DNA of 16,935 nucleotides from a virus (Duplodnaviria; Heunggongvirae; Uroviricota; Caudoviricetes): IMG/VR virus record IMGVR_UViG_2698536549_000010, positions 1 to 16,935 of that record; one strand, 5' to 3'. Shown piece by piece: positions 1 to 5,869 of this stretch (position 1 is its first letter; each line of letters starts with the position of its first letter). The notes under the pieces were generated by a model. It saw only the letters and a program-made list of their open reading frames with translations, ran no database searches and was not told where the DNA came from. The position numbers and the translations under genes were made by a program.

Positions 1-2
1 CC

Positions 3-371
3 GGTGGTCATGAGAGCAATCTCAAACTGTACCGACTGACAGATATCCTTGCCGAGCTGATGAAAGCTCCTCTGCCCGTAGATAACGAGGAAATGGATCC
101 TCATGCGCGTAAAGCATGGTACCAGTCAGAACGTGACCGACTAAAATTTGAGCAGGAAACCGGTCAGCTTGTGCCTGTCAGTGATGTCAGGCGGTCCTTT
201 TCTGTCGTGGTGAAAGCGATAGTTCAGGTACTGGAAACCTGGCCTGACCGGCTGGAGAGGGACAGGGGGTGGACCGCATCACAACTGAATGAAGTACAGA
301 TTGTGGTTGATGAGATCCGCGACACACTGGAAAAGGCAGTCATTGGCTGTTGTGATGAGGCCGATATGTGA
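3..371 (+). CDS. terminase small subunit (lambda Nu1-like), 5' partial
   Basis: Reading frame is open from the window start (no stop upstream of the first ATG at 60). Stop TGA 369..371 overlaps the GTG start of the gpA-like large terminase, the usual TerS-TerL arrangement. Motif KAWYQSERD resembles the lambda Nu1 region KWYAERD as recalled from memory. Confidence 0.5.
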   Translation, partial: GGHESNLKLYRLTDILAELMKAPLPVDNEEMDPHARKAWYQSERDRLKFEQETGQLVPVSDVRRSFSVVVKAIVQVLETWPDRLERDRGWTASQLNEVQIVVDEIRDTLEKAVIGCCDEADM

Positions 372-1375
372 ATCAGGTGAACGAGAGCCATAGCCGCGCA
401 TCCGATATCTGGCGCGAAGTGGCCTCGCTGTTTCGCCCACCTGGCCGGTTACCAGTAGCGGAAGCCATCAGGCGTTATATGCGGGTACCACGGGGAGCCA
501 ATACTTCCGGTCCGTGGGAGTCATCGCTGACGCCCTATATGATTGAACCCATTAATACATTATCAGCCCGTGAATATGACGCGGTGGTGTTTGTGGGACC
601 TGCGCGAACCGGGAAAACCGAAGGGCTGATTGATGGCTGGATTGTGTACGGCATCATCTGTGATCCGGCGGATATGCTGGTGGTGCAGATGACCGAGACA
701 AAGGCGCGTGAGCATTCCAGAACGCGTCTTTCCAGGACGTTTCGCCACAGTCCGGAGGTCAGTAAGCGCCTCAGCCCTTCCCGTAATGACAACAACGTCC
801 ACGACAAAATGTTTCTTGACGGCTCATTCCTGAAAATTGGCTGGCCGTCGATCACTGTATTTTCCTCTTCGGATTACCGTCGTGTGGCGCTGACGGATTA
901 TGACCGTTTTCCTGAGAACGTCGACGGTGAAGGGGATGCCTTCACCCTGGCCTCAAAGCGTACCACCACCTTTATGTCCTCGGGGATGACCCTGGTCGAA
1001 AGTTCGCCCGGGCGGGATATCACCGATACCAAATGGCGTTGTGGTGGCGCACATGAGGCACCGCCAACAACGGGGATCCTGTCACTGTATAACCGGGGAG
1101 ACCGCCGCCGGTGGTACTGGCCGTGTCCGCACTGCGGGGAATATTTTCAGCCGGTGATGGATAACATGACCGGTTACCGGAATAACCCTGATTTTGTGGC
1201 TGCCGGGCAGGCGGCCCGCCTGATGTGTCCGCACTGCCGCGGCCTGATTGCTCCGGAACAGAAGCGTGAACTGAATAACCAGGGGATCTGGCTGCGGGAA
1301 GGCGAACGGGCAGCGGCGGATGGCAGTATCACCGGGACCCCCCGAAATTCCAGAATAGCAAGTTTCTGGATGTAG
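368..1375 (+). CDS. terminase large subunit (lambda gpA family), N-terminal fragment ending at the island junction
   Basis: 335 aa with SLFRPP, VGPARTGKTEG and CPHCGEYF motifs matching my recollection of the lambda gpA N-terminal half. It ends at TAG 1373..1375 immediately after the CTGGATG core, about half the length expected for gpA-like proteins (~640-700 aa). Confidence 0.8.
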   Translation: MNQVNESHSRASDIWREVASLFRPPGRLPVAEAIRRYMRVPRGANTSGPWESSLTPYMIEPINTLSAREYDAVVFVGPARTGKTEGLIDGWIVYGIICDPADMLVVQMTETKAREHSRTRLSRTFRHSPEVSKRLSPSRNDNNVHDKMFLDGSFLKIGWPSITVFSSSDYRRVALTDYDRFPENVDGEGDAFTLASKRTTTFMSSGMTLVESSPGRDITDTKWRCGGAHEAPPTTGILSLYNRGDRRRWYWPCPHCGEYFQPVMDNMTGYRNNPDFVAAGQAARLMCPHCRGLIAPEQKRELNNQGIWLREGERAAADGSITGTPRNSRIASFWM

Positions 1376-1377
1376 GG
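1363..1377. repeat. candidate attL: TTTCTGGATGTAGGG, left copy of an imperfect 15-bp direct repeat
   Basis: Matches 11387..11401 (TTCCTGGATGGAGGG) at 13 of 15 positions, with an identical 7-bp core CTGGATG at 1366..1372 and 11390..11396. The integrase gene starts 160 bp inside this repeat. Confidence 0.5.
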
Positions 1378-1426
1378 TACATTTCTTACCTGTTTGCATG
1401 TTCTGGTGTCGTTTCATAGTCTTTTC

Positions 1427-1474
1427 AATGAGTTGTGATTTTATGAGTTTCCTCTCTTTGCTTGATAATGAGTT
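1427..1474 (+). promoter_or_regulatory. three direct copies of (A/T)ATGAGTT between attL and int; candidate integrase arm-type sites or int promoter region
   Basis: AATGAGTT at 1427..1434, TATGAGTT at 1442..1449 and AATGAGTT at 1467..1474. TGAGTT or its complement recurs near the right end (11205..11210 and 11341..11346). Confidence 0.25.
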
Positions 1475-1536
1475 AGTTTATCGCTTGTTATTGGCTTGAA
1501 TGGACTACATGACGGACTAAAAAATGAGGGCGATAG

Positions 1537-2775
1537 ATGTCGGTAAAGCCATTAACCGTGACTGAAGTTAAGGGGATGAAACCACGTGAAAAGGACTATG
1601 CCGTTTATGATGGGTTCGGTTTATTGCTGAATGTGAGTAAAGCCGGTGGGAAAGTGTGGCGTTTCCGTTATAGCCATCCGATAACGAAGAAACGGCAGAC
1701 ATACACGATAGGACGTTTTCCTGAATTCTCACTCGCGGAAGCACGGGAAGTACGTGATGAACTTCGGCGAATGATTGCACGTGGAGTTGATCCAGTGACG
1801 GAGAAGAAAAATCGTAAAATTGAGATGTCACTAAAAAATCTACAGACATTTGAAGCTGTTGCTAATGCATGGTTCGCTTTTAAAAAGGGATCTGAATTGC
1901 GGAAACCTACGCTGTATAATATCGAATATGAAGTATACAAATATCTTGTTCCTTTCTTTGGTAAGTACAGTATAGAAAAAATTACAGCACCAGTAGCTAT
2001 TAATGCTCTGGATGCCGTATCCGATAAGAATGCGTTGCAAAAAAAATTAATATCAAGATTAAATGAAATTATGAATTATGCTGTAAATTGTGGAGCATTG
2101 AAAGCAAATCCATTACTTAAGATAAAGACTGCATTCACAGGAAAGAAAAATAAATCATTAGCAGCACTACCTGTTGAAAGATTGCCTGAATTTCTGAGCT
2201 GGTGGGATAGTGTGCCTCATACCTATCAAATAGCTCATAATGCACTTTTATTCCAGATATTGACAATGGTCAGGCCAGGTGAGGCGATTAAAGCAGAGTG
2301 GTCAGAGATTGATTTTGATTCTGGCTTGTGGATTATCCCCGCGCATAAAATGAAATGCCATCGTGAACATGTTGTTCCCTTGTCATCACAGGCTATTAGT
2401 ATCCTCAGAACAATGCAGGAAATAAAAAGAGGGCGTTATGTGTTTTTTTCCTCCAGAACAAAAGATGCGCCTATGGGGAGGAATACTATCAAGACCCCAA
2501 TTGCTGCCAGTAAGTTCAAAGGGATTGTAACGTTACATGGTTTTCGTTCAATGTGGAGTACGCTTTTAAATGAGGAGGGATTTAACCCCGATGTAATCGA
2601 GGCTGCATTGGCGCATAAAAGTGGTGATAAAATAAGAGATATTTATAATAGAACTATTTATCTAGAACAGCGTAAGATCATGATGCAATGGGTCGGTGAT
2701 TTTTTTGATGATGCGAGAAAAGGGGTAATTAATAGATCCGGTGGTATGAAAGGTTTAAGAGTAGTAAATGGTTGA
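1537..2775 (+). CDS. int: tyrosine site-specific integrase, P4 family
   Basis: 412 aa. The N-terminus (YAVYDGFGLLLNVSKAGGKVWRFRY ... SLAEAREVRDELRRMIARGVDP) follows the P4 integrase arm-binding pattern, and the C-terminus has LHGFRSMWSTLL (HxxR) and RDIYNRTIY (tyrosine region). SD GAGGG lies about 6 nt upstream of the ATG. The gene is AT-rich relative to its neighbours. Confidence 0.9.
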   Translation: MSVKPLTVTEVKGMKPREKDYAVYDGFGLLLNVSKAGGKVWRFRYSHPITKKRQTYTIGRFPEFSLAEAREVRDELRRMIARGVDPVTEKKNRKIEMSLKNLQTFEAVANAWFAFKKGSELRKPTLYNIEYEVYKYLVPFFGKYSIEKITAPVAINALDAVSDKNALQKKLISRLNEIMNYAVNCGALKANPLLKIKTAFTGKKNKSLAALPVERLPEFLSWWDSVPHTYQIAHNALLFQILTMVRPGEAIKAEWSEIDFDSGLWIIPAHKMKCHREHVVPLSSQAISILRTMQEIKRGRYVFFSSRTKDAPMGRNTIKTPIAASKFKGIVTLHGFRSMWSTLLNEEGFNPDVIEAALAHKSGDKIRDIYNRTIYLEQRKIMMQWVGDFFDDARKGVINRSGGMKGLRVVNG

Positions 2776-2788
2776 GGAGGTTCAGCAA

Positions 2789-2992
2789 ATGAATACCAAT
2801 GAAGATATTTTATTTACTAAAGACGTAATGAAAATCTTGCGATATGGAGCAATGAGTGCATTCATCAATTTCTGGAAAGATGAGAATAATGGTTTTCCTC
2901 AGCCGTTCAGAATTGGACGACGACATACCTGGCACCGTAGAGATGTAGAAGCATGGTTAGATAAACAACGAGAACAAGCCAATCCCCACTAA
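2789..2992 (+). CDS. alpA: AlpA/Vis-family small DNA-binding regulator (possible excisionase or transcription activator)
   Basis: 67 aa from the ATG at 2789, preceded by GAGGAGG at 2773..2779. The C-terminal pattern FRIGRRHTWHRRDVEAWLDKQ matches the AlpA-family signature (G..W...dv..Wl). The longer frame from 2768 overlaps the int stop and lacks an SD. Confidence 0.65.
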   Translation: MNTNEDILFTKDVMKILRYGAMSAFINFWKDENNGFPQPFRIGRRHTWHRRDVEAWLDKQREQANPH

Positions 2993-3006
2993 TAATATCT
3001 TTCATA

Positions 3007-3031
3007 CCCCGCGTGCAATGCGGGGTTTTTT
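3007..3031 (+). terminator. rho-independent terminator after int-alpA
   Basis: Stem CCCCGC (3007..3012) pairs with GCGGGG (3020..3025) around a 7-nt loop, followed by TTTTTT at 3026..3031. Confidence 0.7.
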
Positions 3032-3051
3032 GTATGTGAGGTAAAAAAGAA

Positions 3052-3630
3052 ATGAATAAAAATATTGCCGTGACGGGCAAGGGTGACGCACGTCATGTAA
3101 AAAAATTCTGTGATTTTCGTGATCTGGTCGTTCTGCGCTTTGATAGTGTGAACGTTCGCGTGGTGTATCTGAACGGCGATCCGTGGTTTGTTGCAAAGGA
3201 TGTCTGCGCTGCGCTGGAACTGACCAATTCGCGTACGGCGTTGCAGATGCTTGATGATGATGAAAAGGGAGTAAATTTAACTTACACCCCAGGAGGAAAT
3301 CAGAATATGAGCATTATCTCTGAGTCAGGTTTCTACAAACTAATAGCCCGTAGCCGCAAAGCAACGACGCAAGGCACATTCGCCCATCGTTTCAGTAACT
3401 GGGTATTCAGAAATGTGATACCGGGTATCAGAAAAACGGGGGCTTATGGTATCCCGTGGGGTGCATTACAGGATTTTTCCCGCCGTAAAGAGCAATATCA
3501 GATAAGTGCCAGCGAGAAGGGGAGGGCGCTACAGGCATGTAAGCGCAAAAAACGTGAACTGGAGGAAGAAGAAAAAAGGCTGATACGTGAATATCAGCCT
3601 GAGTTTTACTTTGGTGAGCGTATTCAGTAA
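3052..3630 (+). CDS. Bro-N domain protein (phage antirepressor-like)
   Basis: 192 aa. The N-terminal region FCDFRDLVVLRFDSVNVRVVYLNGDPWFVAKDVCAALEL fits the Bro-N consensus (F.F...vR....dGepwFvakDva.aL). The C-terminus is charged and coiled-coil-like (KRKKRELEEEEKRLIRE). Confidence 0.7.
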   Translation: MNKNIAVTGKGDARHVKKFCDFRDLVVLRFDSVNVRVVYLNGDPWFVAKDVCAALELTNSRTALQMLDDDEKGVNLTYTPGGNQNMSIISESGFYKLIARSRKATTQGTFAHRFSNWVFRNVIPGIRKTGAYGIPWGALQDFSRRKEQYQISASEKGRALQACKRKKRELEEEEKRLIREYQPEFYFGERIQ

Positions 3631-3788
3631 CCACACGCGGTGCTGATTATACGGTACATCGTGTTAACCGAGAAGCTACCCACCAGCAAGGCAAAATCTT
3701 CTGCTAAAAAATGACATATGGCCCGTCGTCCGGAAAGCATGAAATTTTACAAAAATGGAAAATGAAGATTTTTATTGTGCTGGTGGGT

Positions 3789-3819
3789 AAAAACAAAAAG
3801 CGCCCCGTTGCCGGAGCGC
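3789..3819 (-). terminator. candidate minus-strand intrinsic terminator
   Basis: Plus-strand GCGCCCCG (3800..3807), loop TTGC, CGGAGCGC (3812..3819) form a 7/8 stem, preceded on the plus strand by an A-run at 3789..3799, which is a U-tract after the hairpin on the minus strand. Confidence 0.4.
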
Positions 3820-3915
3820 CCTTGCGAACAATTAACCTGCTGCGAAAAAATTGGATCAGTGCAGGGGAATTATATCAACTGTGTGAAGAAGCGCCACAAT
3901 TGCCGGATAACAGGC

Positions 3916-3943
3916 AAAGAAAAGGCCACCTGTCACGGTGGCC
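3916..3943 (-). terminator. candidate minus-strand intrinsic terminator downstream of the regulator/small-ORF transcript
   Basis: Perfect 7-bp stem GGCCACC (3924..3930) with GGTGGCC (3937..3943) around loop TGTCAC, preceded on the plus strand by AAAGAAAA (3916..3923), i.e. TTTTCTTT after the hairpin on the minus strand. Confidence 0.45.
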
Positions 3944-4073
3944 CTTCAACACAAATTGCGCGTTATCCCCAACGCATGAGCATCGCCAACAATGCCATAT
4001 TTGCGGCTGGTGGGCAAAGCCTGAGCGATCCTGTGATTACAGGAACTACGGCATTGTCTCGGTTAGGTAGTGC

Positions 4074-4226
4074 TCAACTTTTTTTCAACTCTACATCGCA
4101 AGCACGCCGTAATAAATCGCCCTTATCGTTTGAGCAAAGACTATTTTTCTCAAAGCATGATATTAAGAGAAAGATTGTGATAATTAAAGCAACCATCATT
4201 GGTACATGTTTTTTTAATTTTAACAT
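4074..4226 (-). CDS. small membrane or lipoprotein-like ORF (50 aa), below the ORF-track length cut-off
   Basis: Hand translation of the minus strand gives MLKLKKHVPMMVALIITIFLLISCFEKNSLCSNDKGDLLRRACDVELKKS. AGGAG lies 6 nt upstream of the ATG (plus coordinates 4233..4237). The protein has a basic N-region, a hydrophobic core and a lipobox-like L-I-S-C. It sits downstream of, and in the same orientation as, the regulator gene. Confidence 0.4.
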   Translation of the reverse strand: MLKLKKHVPMMVALIITIFLLISCFEKNSLCSNDKGDLLRRACDVELKKS

Positions 4227-4260
4227 CTTTTACTCCTATGATTGCCGCCGCGATTCCCCA

Positions 4261-4285
4261 CACCACGGCGCTGGTGGTTTTTATT
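4261..4285 (+). terminator. weak plus-strand hairpin plus T-tract, antisense to the small-ORF leader
   Basis: CACCA (4261..4265) pairs with TGGTG (4272..4276) around loop CGGCGC, followed by TTTTTATT. The stem is only 5 bp, so this is weak. Confidence 0.25.
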
Positions 4286-4586
4286 CTGATTCTTTGGCCT
4301 TGCGGCGCTGTAGTTCTTCACGAGCGATGGCGATAAGTTGCCCGAGTTCTTCCGTAGCTTTAATACCAATTTTTTCCACTTGCGCCAATGCATCGAGAGA
4401 AGAAATCAGAGGATTTTCACTGCTTCCTTCTGCTTGGCGGCGGGCGATCTCCCCGCGCATGGCGGTTACTATGAATCCGGCGTTGCTTTCGCCGTCCAGT
4501 TTTACGGATTCCATGCCATCAAAAGCATCATGTGGGATACGAATTGAAATCTGTTTTGATTTGTCGTTGATAGTGTTTTTTGCCAT
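4281..4586 (-). CDS. hypothetical small regulator (candidate repressor), divergent from the early operon
   Basis: 101 aa from Met14 of the track ORF (MAKNTINDKSKQISIRIPHDAFD...). AGGAGA lies 6 nt upstream (plus 4593..4598). The gene faces away from the early operon across an intergenic region with operator-like dyads. No family was recognised with confidence. Confidence 0.5.
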   Translation of the reverse strand: MAKNTINDKSKQISIRIPHDAFDGMESVKLDGESNAGFIVTAMRGEIARRQAEGSSENPLISSLDALAQVEKIGIKATEELGQLIAIAREELQRRKAKESE

Positions 4587-4608
4587 GTGCATTCTCCTAA
4601 ACAAAAGA

Positions 4609-4685
4609 TGTGATTCAGTATACACAAAAAAGAATCACAAAAAACACTTGACCTGTGATTCAGTTGAATTTAATTTAAATCACAC
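4609..4685. promoter_or_regulatory. divergent promoter region with two operator-like dyads (TGTGATTC - N15/16 - GAATCACA)
   Basis: TGTGATTC at 4609..4616 faces GAATCACA at 4632..4639, and TGTGATTC at 4654..4661 faces AATCACA at 4678..4684. A -35-like TTGACC (4648..4653) with TAATTT 17 bp downstream serves the rightward operon; TATACT on the minus strand (plus 4619..4624) is a -10 for the leftward gene. Confidence 0.45.
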
Positions 4686-4773
4686 CTCAGTAAGAGGATG
4701 TAAACGACAACGCCCCGAACTGTTTGCGGCAGTAGCGGGGCGTCTAACCAAACCGTTAACAGGAGTAACGATT

Positions 4774-4974
4774 ATGGCTGGAACACAGCATACCCCACGT
4801 CTGGCGCACACACAAACTGCCTTTGTGTGGCGTTTTCTGGCACTAAGTGCCGGAGAATCTCAAATCATCCACGTAACCGCCTGGACGGAACGCGAAGCGC
4901 GTAGCCGTTGCCCGTCCGGTTGTGTTGCTGTATTTGCCGCCCGTATTCGCCAGGGGGAAACCTATGCACAATAA
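4774..4974 (+). CDS. small early protein, possibly Icd-like (cell-division inhibitor family)
   Basis: 66 aa (MAGTQHTPRLAHTQTAFVWRFLAL...VAVFAARIRQG). AGGAG lies 8 nt upstream. It is the first gene of the rightward early operon and overlaps the next gene by 11 nt. The family assignment is from memory only. Confidence 0.45.
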   Translation: MAGTQHTPRLAHTQTAFVWRFLALSAGESQIIHVTAWTEREARSRCPSGCVAVFAARIRQGETYAQ

Positions 4975-5416
4975 AACCACACCGGACGCAGCAGCCGCCG
5001 CGCTCACTACGCTGATGCACGCGCTTATTGATATTTCTGTTATTGCTGACATGGCGCATAAGCACGCCACCAGTGAAACAGAATATGCAGGGGCTTTCGT
5101 TCCTCATTCGCTGGCGGTTATGCAACTTAGTGCTGATATGGCTCTGAATGAGGCCAAAGCTATCCTGATTGCTGATTGTGAAAATGGGGGGGTTATGCGT
5201 GATGATCGTTTTAATTCCCTGAAACAGGAATTTTCCGGCGTTCCTGATGATGCGGCTGATGCACTTTCGTCAATATCTGAAATTATGCGGGTGGCTTTTT
5301 TCTTTCTTTGCACTGATGAGCACAGAGATACAGGGCTAAATATTCTTGATATTGCCGCTAACTATGCTGATTTCGTGACAGAGGTTATTTTAAGAAAAGC
5401 GACGGACGGGGATTAA
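4964..5416 (+). CDS. hypothetical protein (early operon)
   Basis: 150 aa from the ATG at 4964, preceded by GGGGGA at 4953..4958. Stop TAA 5414..5416 lies 1 nt upstream of the next start. No recognisable motif. Confidence 0.5.
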   Translation: MHNKTTPDAAAAALTTLMHALIDISVIADMAHKHATSETEYAGAFVPHSLAVMQLSADMALNEAKAILIADCENGGVMRDDRFNSLKQEFSGVPDDAADALSSISEIMRVAFFFLCTDEHRDTGLNILDIAANYADFVTEVILRKATDGD

Positions 5417-5417
5417 T

Positions 5418-5651
5418 ATGCGTGATATTTACCAAGAAACAATAGACCGCGCATTTAGTGCCCTTGCTTACGCTGAAGGTATGTACGAAATATTGCAAAT
5501 GTGGCTGGAAACATTTGGCGATAATGAGTGTGATGTAAAGAAGGCGCGGATTATTAAATCACTGATAACTCTCCTTGAACCTGTAATAACAGAGTTGCAG
5601 GAAATAGACTTATTGCACGACAGATATAACGAACAGCACACCGGAGAATAA
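5418..5651 (+). CDS. hypothetical protein (early operon)
   Basis: 77 aa, tightly packed with its neighbours (stop 5649..5651, next ATG 5657). No recognisable motif. Confidence 0.45.
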   Translation: MRDIYQETIDRAFSALAYAEGMYEILQMWLETFGDNECDVKKARIIKSLITLLEPVITELQEIDLLHDRYNEQHTGE

Positions 5652-5656
5652 AAATA

Positions 5657-5869
5657 ATGAAGCTTAAATATTCTGGCTTAACTGCCAGTGGCAACACTCA
5701 CCCTAAATTTACGCGCGGTGATATTNNNNNNNNNNNNNNNNNNNNNNNNNNNNNNNNNNNNNNNNNNNNNNNNNNCGCGCCGCATAACGTGCCCACCAGC
5801 AACGCCAGGGCACGGGCAAACATCCAGAAGCTGAAAACAATGATTAACGGATTCAGGGGTAAAAAATGA
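5657..5869 (+). CDS. hypothetical small protein interrupted by the assembly gap (may be two partial genes)
   Basis: The ORF-track frame runs through 50 N. The N-side (MKLKYSGLTASGNTHPKFTRGDI) and C-side (..NIQKLKTMINGFRGKK) cannot be shown to belong together. Stop TGA 5867..5869 overlaps the primase ATG at 5866. Confidence 0.3.
   Translation: MKLKYSGLTASGNTHPKFTRGDIXXXXXXXXXXXXXXXXXAPHNVPTSNARARANIQKLKTMINGFRGKK
5726..5775. other. assembly gap (50 N)
   Basis: Exactly 50 consecutive N, the conventional placeholder for a gap of unknown length. Confidence 0.95.

Noticed and set aside
2768-2788. Longer alpA start at the ATG at 2768
   Set aside because: It overlaps the int stop and has no SD, whereas GAGGAGG is well placed for the ATG at 2789.
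3711-4070. 119-aa plus-strand ORF
   Set aside because: No SD, and it lies in a region containing two minus-strand terminator hairpins and Chi sites; more likely non-coding.
3775-4974. 399-aa plus-strand ORF in the track
   Set aside because: It runs antisense through the minus-strand regulator gene and the divergent promoter region, its translation is low-complexity and Cys/Ser/Ala-rich with no motif, and only its last 66 codons (4774..4974, with their own SD) look like a gene.
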